NCBI GenBank assembly: GCA_963714865.1
Contig: CAVQPR010000001.1
Coordinates: 1,342,942-1,406,941, forward strand
DNA from: an uncultured Actinomycetes bacterium
Lineage (GTDB): Bacteria; Actinomycetota; UBA4738; HRBIN12
Length of the DNA stretch: 64,000 nucleotides
Reading direction: 5' to 3'
Shown one piece after another: positions 42,256 to 53,491 of the stretch (position 1 is its first letter; every line of letters starts with the position of its first letter). The position numbers were made by a program, and so were the translations under genes. The notes beneath the pieces were generated by a model. That model had not been told where the DNA came from and did no database searches. It worked only from the letters and a program-made list of their open reading frames with translations.

Positions 42256-43665
42256 ATGGCCGACCGGGCTCATCCGAGCGACGAGGAGCGTCGCGACGTC
42301 CACCCGCTGCCGCTCAGCCGACGGCGCTTCCTCCACCGATCCGCGATGGCCGTCGCCGGTGGCGTGCTGTTCTCGTGCACCGGGGGCCGGCGCGTTCCCG
42401 TCGTCGACGATCCGACGCCGAGGCTGGACACGAGCACGCCGATCAAGCGCGTCATCTACGTGATGCTCGAGAACCGCAGCTTCAACAACCTGTTCGGCAG
42501 GTTCCCAGGTGTGAACGGCACCGACGTGGGTGTCGAGTACGGCGTCGAGAAGCCGCTGATCCGGTGCCCCGAGTGGCTGCCGGGGGACCTCCCCCACGAC
42601 CGGGCCGCCTACCTGAGCTGCGTCAACGACGGGGACCTCGACGGATTCGGCATCGGCGCATTCGGTTCCACCTACGCCTACACCATCTTCGACGAGGACC
42701 AGATCCCCAACTACTGGATGTGGGCTCGCGAGTACGCGTTGTCCGACAACTTCTTCGCCTCCGCGGCCGGACCGAGCTACGGCAACCACTACTACTTCAT
42801 CGCGGGGCAGTCGGGCGGCGTGATCGACAACCCCGAGAACATCGAGACCCGCGAGACCGAGGACGGCGGCACGTTCAAGAGCTGGGGATGCGACGCCGTG
42901 GGCGACGACGTGTTCGTGTTCGTCAAGGACGACGCCGGCAACCTCAGCAAGCACGACACCTGCTTCACGTTCGACACGGTGGGCCAGCAGCTCAGCGAGA
43001 TCGGGGTCGACTGGGCCTACTACTCGGCCGCCCCCGGCCAGCCGGGCTACTTCTGGAACGCGTACAACGGCATCTCAGACGTCTTCCACACCGACATGTG
43101 GCACGAGCACGTTCGGCCGGTCGATTCGCTCGTCGACGACATCGAGGCGAACCGACTCCCGCCCGTGACGTGGGTGACGCCGCGGTTCGAGCTGTCGGAT
43201 CATCCGCCCTACAGCACGGGCCACGCTCACAACTGGGTCACGGAGATCGTCAACGGGGTCATGTCGAGCGACTCCTGGGACCACACGGCGATCTTCATCA
43301 CATGGGACGAGTGGGGCGGCTTCTACGACCCCGTGATGCCGCCCCAGCTCGACCCCGTCGGGCTCGGGATCCGGGTCCCTCTGCTCACGATCAGCCCCTA
43401 CGCCCGGCGCGGGCTGATCGACACCGAGCTCGGAGAGTTCTCCACCCCGCTGAGGTTCATCTCCGACAACTGGGGACTCGACCACCTCACCCCGCGGATC
43501 GCGAACACCCACGGGTTCGAGCACGTATTCGACTTCTCCAAGGGTCCTCGGTCTCCGGTCATCGGGAGCGAGCGGGCGCCGGTCTACGGCGACCCGTTCG
43601 AGTTCCCCGAAGGCTACGAGGGCTGGGTGCAGGGCACGGAGCCCGACCGGAGCCACTTCATCTAG
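42256..43665 (+). CDS. Phosphoesterase family (phospholipase C/acid phosphatase), Tat-exported, probably a lipoprotein
   Basis: SRRRFL, LFSC; MLENRSFNNLFG, SDHPP, TWDEWGGFYD, GIRVP. Confidence 0.88.
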   Translation: MADRAHPSDEERRDVHPLPLSRRRFLHRSAMAVAGGVLFSCTGGRRVPVVDDPTPRLDTSTPIKRVIYVMLENRSFNNLFGRFPGVNGTDVGVEYGVEKPLIRCPEWLPGDLPHDRAAYLSCVNDGDLDGFGIGAFGSTYAYTIFDEDQIPNYWMWAREYALSDNFFASAAGPSYGNHYYFIAGQSGGVIDNPENIETRETEDGGTFKSWGCDAVGDDVFVFVKDDAGNLSKHDTCFTFDTVGQQLSEIGVDWAYYSAAPGQPGYFWNAYNGISDVFHTDMWHEHVRPVDSLVDDIEANRLPPVTWVTPRFELSDHPPYSTGHAHNWVTEIVNGVMSSDSWDHTAIFITWDEWGGFYDPVMPPQLDPVGLGIRVPLLTISPYARRGLIDTELGEFSTPLRFISDNWGLDHLTPRIANTHGFEHVFDFSKGPRSPVIGSERAPVYGDPFEFPEGYEGWVQGTEPDRSHFI

Positions 43666-45793
43666 CGTCCACCGCCGGCACGACGAGCGCGTCGACCGCG
43701 ACGCATCCCCCCGACGACACGATCACCGGGTTCACGTCGAGCTCGCCGATCAGATCGCCGAGGTCGGACGCCAGCACCGACAGTCGCGCCACGACCGCCG
43801 CCAGGCTCGCCACGTCGACGGGTGGCGATCCACGGAGGCCGTCGAGCAGCGATCGCATCGCGAGGCCGTCGATCAGCGCGCGGGCGCCGGCCTCATCGAC
43901 GGGAGGAAGGGCCAGCCTGCGATCCTTCATCAGCTCGACGAGCACGCCACCTGCCGCCACCAACACCATCGGGCCGAACTGATCGTCGCGCACCATGCCG
44001 AGGGCCATCTCCACGCCTGCCGGGGCCATCGCGGCGACCGTGACGCGGGAGCCGAGTCGGCGGGACAGATCGTCGTACGCCGCACGAACCTCATCCTCGT
44101 CGCCGAGGCCCAGCCGCACGCCGTCCACATCGGACTTGTGCGCGATCTCGGGCGAGGCGGTCTTCATCACGACGGGGAACCCGATCGTCGCCGCCGCATC
44201 CACCGCCCCGCCCAGAGTGTTCGCGATGCTCGACCGGGCGGTCGCGATGCCGTAGTCGGCAAGCAGCGAGAGGCCCTCGGCCTCGTCGAGGACGTCATCC
44301 GAAACCAACCGGGACCGCCACCGGTCGCGCACCTCGTCATCTACGGCCGCCGAAGGAACCGGAGCCGGACGCGCGCGGTGGTCGCGGTAGGCCAGCAGCG
44401 AACGCAGGGCCACCAGCCCCGACGTCGTCCCCTCGAGGACCGGGATGCCGTCGTCGCGTAGCTGCGCCGCCTCCTCGAGTGCAACCGCGCTCGCCAGGTT
44501 CGACAACACGCAGAACGGCTTCGTCGTCGCTGCGAACACATCGCGGGCGACCTGGAGGTACCCCTCGTCGTACGGGTCACCCTGACGGGTGAGGTCCACC
44601 ACGAACGCCACGGCGGCGACGTCCTCGTCGTCGTGCAGCGCGGCGAACGACTCGCGGAAGATGCGATCCGCGTCGATCCCCGTGCCCCAGGCGTCCAGGG
44701 GGTTGGCCGGCTCCAGGCCGGGATCGAGGATATCGGCGAGCGCGGCGACCGTGTCGTCCGATATGTCGGCCAGCGGCACCTCGAGGTCGGCCGCGAGATC
44801 CACGAACATCGCGCGCTCGCCGCCCGAGTCGTGGATGCTCGCGATCCCCCGACCCGCGCCGGCGGCACGACGGGGCGAGGAGAAGATCTCCATCGTGTCC
44901 GCCATCTCGTCGAGCGTGGCCACCTCGAGGACCCCGTGGGCTTCGAACAGCGCCTCGAAGGCCCCGTGCTCTCCGGCCAGCGCCCCCGAGTGAGCCGTGA
45001 CCATCGCCTTCGACGCCTCCGTGCGCCCGACCTTGAGGGCGATCACGGGGACGTCCTGCTCGGCCGCCCGCGTCAGCTGCTCACGGAACCGCTCGGGGTC
45101 GCGCACGGTCTCGATGAGCAGGGCCAGCACCCGGGTCGAGGCCAACCCGAGCGCGTACTCCATGTAGTCCGACGTCGTGGTGACGATCTCCTGGCCGCTC
45201 GACACCAGCAGGTTGAAACCGATGCCGCGGTCGTTGAAGGCCAGCGCGGCGAACGCGGAACCCGAGTGGGAGATGAAGGTCACGGGACCGTGTCGCAGAT
45301 GATCGGGAGTGTCGAAGCCGGTGGCTCGCAGGCGGTGCTCCTCGTTGAGGAATCCCATCCCATTGCCGCCGCACACCGGGATCCCGGCTTCGCGCGCGAT
45401 CGCGGCCACCCGCTCGGTCAGCGGCGGACCGCCGGGCTCGGGCGGGGCCTCCTCATGCAACGACGAGAACGTGACCGCCGAGCGCGCCCCCGCGTCGACG
45501 GCGTCCCGCAGGGCCTGCTCCACCCGATGGCTCGCGACCCCCAAGATCGCGAGATCGGGCGGTTCGGGCAGATCGCCGATCGACGCGTAGCAGGGTCGGC
45601 CCAGCACCTCCTCGTATCCGGGGTTCACCGGGAAGACGTCGCCTCCGAAGCCGCCACGCTCCAACTCGATCAACATCTGGCGCCCGAGCGAGCCCGCCTT
45701 CACGCTGGCGCCGACCACGGCGACCGAGCGCGCCTCGAGCATGGGCTCGAGCGCGGGCCGTCGGGTGCTCGTCCGGGATGAGATATCGCTCAA
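43658..45793 (-). CDS. Acetate/acyl-CoA ligase (ADP-forming, alpha-beta fusion)
   Basis: SVAVVGAS, FPVNP, GGNGMG, SHSG, AHSGALAG, NPLD, HKSDVDGV, ELDVNP; start could be ATG 45742. Confidence 0.88.
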   Translation of the reverse strand: MSDISSRTSTRRPALEPMLEARSVAVVGASVKAGSLGRQMLIELERGGFGGDVFPVNPGYEEVLGRPCYASIGDLPEPPDLAILGVASHRVEQALRDAVDAGARSAVTFSSLHEEAPPEPGGPPLTERVAAIAREAGIPVCGGNGMGFLNEEHRLRATGFDTPDHLRHGPVTFISHSGSAFAALAFNDRGIGFNLLVSSGQEIVTTTSDYMEYALGLASTRVLALLIETVRDPERFREQLTRAAEQDVPVIALKVGRTEASKAMVTAHSGALAGEHGAFEALFEAHGVLEVATLDEMADTMEIFSSPRRAAGAGRGIASIHDSGGERAMFVDLAADLEVPLADISDDTVAALADILDPGLEPANPLDAWGTGIDADRIFRESFAALHDDEDVAAVAFVVDLTRQGDPYDEGYLQVARDVFAATTKPFCVLSNLASAVALEEAAQLRDDGIPVLEGTTSGLVALRSLLAYRDHRARPAPVPSAAVDDEVRDRWRSRLVSDDVLDEAEGLSLLADYGIATARSSIANTLGGAVDAAATIGFPVVMKTASPEIAHKSDVDGVRLGLGDEDEVRAAYDDLSRRLGSRVTVAAMAPAGVEMALGMVRDDQFGPMVLVAAGGVLVELMKDRRLALPPVDEAGARALIDGLAMRSLLDGLRGSPPVDVASLAAVVARLSVLASDLGDLIGELDVNPVIVSSGGCVAVDALVVPAVDAR

Positions 45794-45802
45794 CGAGTTC
45801 GA

Positions 45803-47421
45803 CTACTTCTTGCCGAGCGCCTTGTCCTTCTTGGCCGCCTTGTACGCCTGCCAACCCGGGATACCGTTCACGCCGCCGCCGCCGTGCGTGGCGCACGAGC
45901 CGTGGTACAAGCCGCGGACCGGCGTGCGGAAGTCGGCGTAGCCGGGAGCCGGACGCATGTGGAACAGCTGATCCACCGACAACTCCCCGTGGAAGATGTT
46001 GCCGCCGATCAGGCCCAGGTCCTGCTCCATGTCGTAGGGCCCGATCACCTGGTAGTCGATGATCGAGTCCCGGAAGTTGGGCGCGAGCTCGTTGTAACCG
46101 TCGAAGATCCGCTGCGCGTAGGCGTCGAGCTCCTCGCGGTGCGGCTCCTTCGTCCAGTCGTCGGGCACCCACTGGGTGAACATCGAGAACACATGAACCC
46201 CCTCGGGCGCCAGCTTGCGATCAAGGGTCGTCGGGATCGTTCCGTCCACGAACGGGGCGACGGCTGCCTTGCGCTCGATGTGGGCGTCCTGGAAGGCGCG
46301 CTCCGCGTACTGCGGTGAGAAACAGAGCTCGACCGAACCCGTGTGGTGGTCCTGCTGCTCTTTGCCCGGCATCGATGTGAAGTCGGGCAGCTCGGAGATC
46401 GCGACGTTGACCTTCACCACTCCCGATCGGGTCTTCCACCGCTCGATGTCCCACACGAAGTCGGCGGGCAGCTCCTCGCGTTCGAGCAGCTCGAGGAAGG
46501 CGATCTTCGGGTGGATCGTCGTGACGACCACCGGGGCACGCAGCTCCTCGCCGTTGTCGAACGCCACGCCGACGGCGCGGCCGTTGCGGACCAGGATCTT
46601 CTTGACGCGGGCGTCGGTTCTGACCTCGGCGCCGAACGACTCGGCCGAGCTGCGGATCGAGTCGCTCACCGCGCCCATGCCGCCCTGCTGGAACCCCCAG
46701 GAGCCGAGGTGTCCGTCACCGACGTCGCCGATCGAGTGGTGCAGCATCACGTAGGCGGTCCCCGGCTCGTCGGGCCCGGCCCACGTGCCGATCACGCCGT
46801 TCACGGTGAGCATCGCCTTGATCGCGTCGGACTCGAACCAGTCGTCGAGCAGGTCGGTGACGCTCATCGTGAACAGCCGCGTGACGTCGCCCACGCCGCG
46901 CTACGCCGAGCTTGCGCATGTTCCAGGCCGTCTGCATCTGGGGGATCAGGTCGCCGAGCTTCGTCGAGCCCACCTGCGGCGGGACCGAGCAGCAGGAGCG
47001 GGCCCAAGACGTCGGAGACGTCCTTCATCCACGCCTCCCACTTGGGAAGGGTCTCGGCGTCCTTCTTGGAGAACTGCGCGATCGAGTCGTAGGACTTCTT
47101 GGCGTCGTCGGCGTACACCGTGATCGAGCGACCGTCGGGGAAGGCCTGGAAGTACGGGCCGAACGGCGTGACGTCGTAGCCGTGCTGCTTGAGGTTCAGC
47201 TCGCGGATGATCGTCGGCGGCATCAGCGACATGACGTAGGAGTACGTCGTGACGTTGATCTCCGGATGGTCGGCGAACGGCGCACTCGTGTCGGCGGCGC
47301 CGCCGGTCTTGTTGCGGGACTCGAGCACGACCGTACGCGCACCCGCCCGGGCGAAGTAGGCGCCGCTCGTCAGTCCGTTGTGACCTCCGCCGATCACGAT
47401 CGCGTCGTAGGTGTTGGCCAT
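45803..47421 (-). CDS. Phytoene desaturase-like / PYROXD2-like FAD oxidoreductase (frameshifts near 46990 and 46900)
   Basis: GGGHNGL, GGMGAVS, GGNIFHGE, HGGGGVNGIPG. Confidence 0.85.
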
Positions 47422-47539
47422 GGTCGATCCAGATCCTTCCCCAGCTCGTGAACGCCCAATCATCCCCTGAATCTGAATCACCAGTCAACTCCGTGGTGGG
47501 CGGAGCTCGATTTTGACTCCGCTGCTCAAGGGGGTACAG

Positions 47540-48226
47540 TTGGCTGAACCGCTGACCAGGAGCACGGCGATGGGATCGCCCTCCCTGTACGACGTTCAGG
47601 AGCGCGCATTGGCCCGCACACGCACCAAGCAGACCAAGGATCGGCACCAAGAGATCCTCGACGCGGCCGCCTACGTGATCACCGACCGAGGCCTGGCGGA
47701 TACGAGGATCTCCGACATCGCCGACCGCTGCGGCGTGTCGCCGGGCCTGATCCTGTACTACTTCGAGTCCAAGGATCGTCTGCTCGTCGAGGCCCTGAAC
47801 TACGCCAACGACAAGTACTACCTGGCCCAGGCCAGGGAGCTGCGACGGCTCGACACGGCGCGCGAGCAGCTGAGCCGGCTGATCGACCTCTCGGTCCCGG
47901 GCCTGCTGCCCGACTACGAGCGGCTCGAGGAATGGGCCCTGTGGATCGAGATCTGGGTGCGTGCGCTCCGCGACCCCGCCGTGGCCAAGGAGCGCGAGGT
48001 GCTCGACCGCCGCTGGCGCCAGTCGATCGCCGACATCGTGCGCGCGGGCAGGAGCGCCGGCGAGTTCCCCGAAGGCGCCGACGCCGACGAGCTCGGGATG
48101 CAGATCGGTGCGTTGATCGACGGCCTCGCGATCCAGGTGCTGATGAACGACACGCAGGTGAGCCCCGAGCGCATGCGGTCGACGTGTCGCCTGGTCGCCT
48201 CGAAGCTCCTCGGCGCCGAGATCTGA
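47540..48226 (+). CDS. TetR family regulator (BetI-like C-terminus)
   Basis: ILDAA...GLADTRISDIA...GLILYYFESKD; LIDGL; start uncertain (TTG 47540 or ATG 47570). Confidence 0.9.
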   Translation: MAEPLTRSTAMGSPSLYDVQERALARTRTKQTKDRHQEILDAAAYVITDRGLADTRISDIADRCGVSPGLILYYFESKDRLLVEALNYANDKYYLAQARELRRLDTAREQLSRLIDLSVPGLLPDYERLEEWALWIEIWVRALRDPAVAKEREVLDRRWRQSIADIVRAGRSAGEFPEGADADELGMQIGALIDGLAIQVLMNDTQVSPERMRSTCRLVASKLLGAEI

Positions 48227-48267
48227 CGGCGCGGGCACGCGGTCGGGAGTCGGGCTAGGCTCCGCCC

Positions 48268-49287
48268 ATGGACCCCGGGCCGACGCCGCTGATCCTCGAT
48301 GTGGACACCGGTGTCGACGACGCGCTCGCGCTCCTGTACGCCGTGGCGACGCCCGAGGTGGAGCTGATCGGCGCCACGTCCGTGATGGGCAACGTCACGG
48401 TCGAGGTCGCCACCGAGAACACCCTGGCCGTGCTGGAAGCGGCCGGACGCACCGACGTCGAGGTGGCGCGCGGCGCGTCGCGGCCGATCGTGCGCGACCA
48501 TGAACCCTTCCCCATCGTCCACGGAGCCCGCGGGCTGGGACGTGCCGAGCTGCCGCCCTCCTCGCGCGCGATCTCCGAGCGGAGCGCCGTCCAGCTGATC
48601 GTGGAGTCGGCGCGCCGACGGCCCGGCGAGGTGCTGCTCGTCGCCACCGGACCGCTCACCAACATCGCGATGGCGCTGGCCGAGGAGCCGCAGCTGCCCG
48701 AACTGCTCGGGGGGTTCGCGCTCATGGGCGGCGCCTACGCGCGGGGGGGCAACACGACGCCGGCCGCGGAGGCGAACATCTGGGTCGACCCCGACGCCGC
48801 CCAGGCCGTGTTCCGTGGGTTCTCGGGCGCCGAGGAGCCGAAGCTGCCGCTCTGCGTCGGCCTCGACGTCACCGAGAGCGCCACGCTGACCCGGGAACGG
48901 TTGGCGGAGATCTGCGAGCCGGCCCCCGATTCCCCGGTGGGTCGGTTCCTGGCCGATTCCGTGCCCTTCTATATCGAGTTCTACGAGCGAACGCGCTCCT
49001 ACGGGGGCGCCTGCATGCACGACCCCCTGGCGCTCGGGGCGGCGATCCACCCCGGGCTCATGCGGCTCGAGACCACCCGCGTCGAGGTCGAGACCGGCGG
49101 CGAATGGACACGGGGGCAGACGGTGGGCGACCTCGGGAACATCCGAACCAGCCCGTGGCCGGTCGGCTGGGACGCCGCCGACAACGCGCGCGTGGCGTTG
49201 GGCGTCGACGCCGAAGGGTTCATGTCGACCTTCGCCGACCGGTTGCGCCAGCTCGTGTCCGCCCAGGCGGAGGCTCCGCAGGGGTGA
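48268..49287 (+). CDS. Nucleoside hydrolase (IU-NH family)
   Basis: DVDTGVDDA, VHG, GPLTN, AEANIWVDP, HDPL. Confidence 0.92.
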   Translation: MDPGPTPLILDVDTGVDDALALLYAVATPEVELIGATSVMGNVTVEVATENTLAVLEAAGRTDVEVARGASRPIVRDHEPFPIVHGARGLGRAELPPSSRAISERSAVQLIVESARRRPGEVLLVATGPLTNIAMALAEEPQLPELLGGFALMGGAYARGGNTTPAAEANIWVDPDAAQAVFRGFSGAEEPKLPLCVGLDVTESATLTRERLAEICEPAPDSPVGRFLADSVPFYIEFYERTRSYGGACMHDPLALGAAIHPGLMRLETTRVEVETGGEWTRGQTVGDLGNIRTSPWPVGWDAADNARVALGVDAEGFMSTFADRLRQLVSAQAEAPQG

Positions 49288-50156
49288 GTCGGCCGACCGT
49301 GGCCGTGCTGGGGGCGATCAACGTCGACCTGGTGGTCTCGGGAGCGCCGCTCCCCGGCCCAGGAGAGACCGTCGTCGGAGGCCGCTTCGCACAGCACCAC
49401 GGCGGCAAGGGCGGCAACCAGGCGGTGGCGGCGGCACGCGCCATCGGCGATGCGGGAACCGTCGCCATGATCGGCGCCGTGGGGACCGATCAGCTCGGGG
49501 GCGAGGCGGTCGCGACGCTCGCGGCCGAGGGGATCGACGTACGCCACGTGGCGCGCGCCGCCGGACGGGCGACCGGGGTCGCCCTGATCGTGGTCGACGG
49601 GGACGGCGAGAACCTCATCGCCGTCGCGCCGGGCGCCAACGAGGGCGTGACGCCCGAGGCGGTGGCCGCCGCGCTCGACGAGCTGGCCTCCTCGCTCGTA
49701 CTGGCCAGCCTCGAGGTGCCCGCCGCCGCGGTGGACGCCGCCGGGCGGTGGTGCGGCGAGCGCGGAGCCCTCTTCGTCCTCAACCCGGCGCCGGCGACCG
49801 AGGCCGCTTCGGAACTCGTATCGCTCGCCGACGTGCTCACGCCCAACGAGGGTGAGCTGGACACGCTCGGGGGACCGTCGGAGGGCGTCACGACCGTTCG
49901 GACGCTCGGAGCGCGCGGCGCCGACATCATCGACGCCGGCGCCGCCCGGCACGTGACGGCCCCCGCCGTCGATGCGGTCGACACCACCGGCGCGGGCGAC
50001 TGCTTCAATGGGGTCCTCGCCGCCGGACTCGCGGAGGGCCGTGGTCTGGACGAGGCGGTCGGCCGCGCCTGCGCGGCCGCCGCGCTGTCGGTGACCCGCG
50101 AGGGGGCGCGGGCCGGCATGCCGGCCCGCGCCGCGATCGACGCCGCCGCCGGTTAG
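49284..50156 (+). CDS. rbsK: Ribokinase (PfkB family)
   Basis: GAINVD, GGKGGNQA, NPAP, PNEGE, DTTGAGDCF; GTGA overlap. Confidence 0.85.
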   Translation: MSRPTVAVLGAINVDLVVSGAPLPGPGETVVGGRFAQHHGGKGGNQAVAAARAIGDAGTVAMIGAVGTDQLGGEAVATLAAEGIDVRHVARAAGRATGVALIVVDGDGENLIAVAPGANEGVTPEAVAAALDELASSLVLASLEVPAAAVDAAGRWCGERGALFVLNPAPATEAASELVSLADVLTPNEGELDTLGGPSEGVTTVRTLGARGADIIDAGAARHVTAPAVDAVDTTGAGDCFNGVLAAGLAEGRGLDEAVGRACAAAALSVTREGARAGMPARAAIDAAAG

Positions 50157-51039
50157 GAGGGGACGAGCACGCGCGGCGAGCAGCTCCACGATGCGACGCG
50201 CGCTGTGCCCCTCCGGGTCGCGCTCGGGGTTGAAGCAGGCGATCGAGACTCCCAGGCACGCGGGATGGGTCACCAGGGGCGCCAGCAGGAGCTCGAGCTC
50301 GGGCCAGTCGAGACCATCGGGCACGGGGGCATCGTTGGGGAACACGGCCTCGTCGAGCACGTCGAGATCGACGAAGACGAAGAAGGGCCGCCCGCGAGAC
50401 GCCGACGCGGCCGCCTCGATGCCGGTCGGACCGAAGCCGTCGGATCGGATCGCGATCCGCGTCGCGAGCATCGATCCCGGGAAGGTCCCGTGGCGTGAGC
50501 GATCCGAACCCGCGGGCCTCGGCGAGGTCGCGGAACCCCAGGAGCACCACGTCGTCGGGCCGAAGCTGCGGGCCACCGGCCGCCTCGACCCAGGCCTCGG
50601 GCCCGAGCCCGAGCGCCGTGGCCAGAGGCATGTCGGCGGCCTCGCCCGTGGGCGAGGTTCGCCCGTCGTACAGATCGAGATGCCCGTCGATGTAGACCAC
50701 CCCGATGTCACCGACCGAGCGCCTGACCCCGGCGATGGCGCCCACCGCGAGCGTGCAGCACCCACCGAGGATGACCAGACTTCCCTCGGGCTCGATCAGC
50801 CCGGCCACCGCGTCGGCCACCGTGCGGGTCACGTCGAGCACGCTGGCGGACCCGATGATGCCGGTAGCCGCGTCGCGGATCGCAGGCTCGATCACCACAT
50901 CGAGGTCGCCGGCATCTTCGGCCTGGATCGCGCCGACCAGTCCGGCCGACCGCAGGGTCGACGGCATGAATGCGGTGCCCACGCGGCCGCCGACGCTGTC
51001 GATCGGGACACCGAGCAACCGGACTGATCGCTCAGGCAC
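50153..51039 (-). CDS. Arginase/ureohydrolase family protein (frameshifts near 50460 and 50172)
   Basis: GGCCT, DGHLD, DLDVLD, FNPERD. Confidence 0.8.
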
Positions 51040-53491
51040 GGGCTCGTTCTCCCTTGGGATCGAAGAAGGGTGACGAGGAGACCGCCACCTCGGCCCGACG
51101 GTCACCGATCTGAACCCACCAGCCGTCCCCATCGAGCGCGCCGTGGATCCAGGCGAGCGCCGCCGAGCCGCCACCGAGCGTGGGGGCGGGGCCCGCCGAC
51201 GTGACGTGGCCGACCCGATCGTCGCCGTGGAGCACCGACTCGCCGTGCCACAGGGTCTCGCCCGGCGCGTGCAGGGAGACGAGCCGCCGTACGGGTTCGG
51301 CCCGGCGCAGGCGTCCCAACGCCTCGGCGCCCACGTGGTCGCCGCCGTGGACCGAGAAGCCGAGCCCGCTCATGAACGGATCGTCCATGGAGCCGATGTC
51401 GTGACCCCACGATCGGAATCCCCGCTCGAGGCGGGCGGCGTCGAACGCGAAGGCCCCCGCCGGCCGCAACCCGAGGTCGGCGCCGGCCGCCACGATCCGG
51501 TCGTACAGGTCGGCCGCGAACTCGGTGGGAACCATCAGCTCCCAGCCGAGCTCGCCGGTGAACGACACCCGGAACGCCCATGCGGGCGCCCGACCGACCT
51601 CGATCTCGCGTGCTCGCAGGAACCCGAAGCCCTCGTTGGACAGGTCCGCGTCGGTGAGGCGTGCGAGCAGATCGCGTGACGACGGCCCCGCCAGGTGGAG
51701 CGTGGCCCATGCGCTCGTGACGTCGGTCACCACCGCATCGGCCGGCAGCCCGCCGCGCAACAGGGCCTCCGTCCGACGCTGATACAGGGTCGGCGCCAGC
51801 ACCACGAACCGATCCTCGTCCAGGCGCGTGACGGTGGGATCCATCTCGATGCCGCCGCGCTCGTTGCACATCACGGTGTAGACGATGCGCCCCGGCTCGA
51901 CATCGACGTCGGAGGCGCACAAGCGCTGGAGGCCCACGAGGGCTCCGGGTCCCTCGACGGAGAACTTCGAGTAGGTCGACAGGTCGTAGAGGGCCACGGC
52001 CTCCCGGGTGGCACGCACCTCCTCCGCGACCGGTGCGAACCAGGACGGGGACACGTAGTCGTACCCGGGCACCGGGTCGACGGCGCCCGGCTCGAACCAG
52101 TTGGCGCGCTCCCAGCCGGCCGCCTGGCCGAAGGCGGCGCCCGCCACCAGGAGCCGCTCGTACAGCGGGCCCCTGCGGACCCCGCGCGCGGTTCGCGGTT
52201 GCTTGCCCGGCCAGTGCATCTCGTACAGGCCGCCGAGGGACTCCACGGTGCGCTCGTGGAGCCATGCGCGGTTGTTCGCCCACCGTCCCATCCGAGCCAC
52301 ATCGACCTCGGCCAGATCCATCGTCGGATGTCCCGCGACGATCCACTCGGCGGCGGCCCTGCCTGCGCCCGGCGCGAAGATGATCCCCTGCGAGTTGAAC
52401 CCCGCCGCGACGAACAGGCCCGCCGCCTCGGGGACGAACCCGAGCTGGAAGTTCGAGTCGGGCGTGAAGCTCTCCGGGGCCCTCAGGTAGTGGGAGAAGC
52501 CGATCGTGGCGATCTCGGGCACGCGCTCGGTCGCGCCCACGAGGACCGGTGCGAAGTGATCCCAGTCGGGCCCGAACTCGGCGAACCCATCGACGGGCAC
52601 GTCACGGGGTCGCTTCGGCCGCCCGTCGGGCTCGAACGCGCCGATCAGGTACCGGCCGCGGTAGTGGCGGATGTACAGGAACGCGTCGAGGTCGCGCAGG
52701 AACGGCGACCGCTCGTCGGCACCCGCGGCCTCGTCCGTCATGACCCACACGTGCTCGGCCGGATACAGCGCCACGCTGGTCCCCGCGGTCCGCGCGAGCT
52801 CCGACGTCCACAGCCCGGCCGCGAGCACCACGACCTCTGCCTCGATCCGTCCGTGATCGGTGTCGACGCCCGTCGCGCGGTCGCCCGAGGTGACCACCTG
52901 GGACACGGACACGCCGGGCACGTAGCGAACGCCCGCATCGACGGCCGCCTTGGCGAGCGCCAGGGTGGCGTCGCCGGGGTTCACCGTGCCGTCCTCGGGG
53001 AACAGCACCCCACCGACGAGGTCGTCCACGACGGCAGAGGGCCACAGCTCGGCGATCCGGGCGGACGTGACCACCTCGTGCGGCACGCCCAGGTCGGCAG
53101 CCATCGCGACGGAGTACAGGATCTCCTGCATGCGGCCGGTTGTCCGGGCCACCGTGAGCGAGCCGCTACGCCGCAGCCCGGTATCGATCCCCGATTCCTC
53201 GATCACGCGTTCGTACGTAGGGGCATTGATGTATGCCAACGCGCTCAACGCGTGGGTGCCCCGGACCTGCGACACGAGCCCGGCCGCGTGCCAGGTCGTC
53301 CCGGCCGACAGGCGCGCCCGCTCGACGAGCACGACGTCGGTCTCGCCGGCCCGCGTGAGGTGATAGGCGATCGAGGCGCCGACGATCCCTCCGCCCACGA
53401 TCACCACGCGAGCCCGATCGGGCAGGTCGCTGAGCGGCGCGAGGACCTCGTCGCTCAGCTCCCGATTCGCCAGGCGCTCGGGGATCGTCAT
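51032..53491 (-). CDS. GcvT-family FAD/folate-dependent amine oxidoreductase (third paralogue, intact)
   Basis: GGGIVG, GTTWHAAG, PESFTPD, GWERANWF, SFTGELGWE, RLERG. Confidence 0.92.
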   Translation of the reverse strand: MTIPERLANRELSDEVLAPLSDLPDRARVVIVGGGIVGASIAYHLTRAGETDVVLVERARLSAGTTWHAAGLVSQVRGTHALSALAYINAPTYERVIEESGIDTGLRRSGSLTVARTTGRMQEILYSVAMAADLGVPHEVVTSARIAELWPSAVVDDLVGGVLFPEDGTVNPGDATLALAKAAVDAGVRYVPGVSVSQVVTSGDRATGVDTDHGRIEAEVVVLAAGLWTSELARTAGTSVALYPAEHVWVMTDEAAGADERSPFLRDLDAFLYIRHYRGRYLIGAFEPDGRPKRPRDVPVDGFAEFGPDWDHFAPVLVGATERVPEIATIGFSHYLRAPESFTPDSNFQLGFVPEAAGLFVAAGFNSQGIIFAPGAGRAAAEWIVAGHPTMDLAEVDVARMGRWANNRAWLHERTVESLGGLYEMHWPGKQPRTARGVRRGPLYERLLVAGAAFGQAAGWERANWFEPGAVDPVPGYDYVSPSWFAPVAEEVRATREAVALYDLSTYSKFSVEGPGALVGLQRLCASDVDVEPGRIVYTVMCNERGGIEMDPTVTRLDEDRFVVLAPTLYQRRTEALLRGGLPADAVVTDVTSAWATLHLAGPSSRDLLARLTDADLSNEGFGFLRAREIEVGRAPAWAFRVSFTGELGWELMVPTEFAADLYDRIVAAGADLGLRPAGAFAFDAARLERGFRSWGHDIGSMDDPFMSGLGFSVHGGDHVGAEALGRLRRAEPVRRLVSLHAPGETLWHGESVLHGDDRVGHVTSAGPAPTLGGGSAALAWIHGALDGDGWWVQIGDRRAEVAVSSSPFFDPKGERARA

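Noticed and set aside
45803-47421. Carotenoid biosynthesis gene
   Set aside because: No crtB/crtE nearby; the context is catabolic
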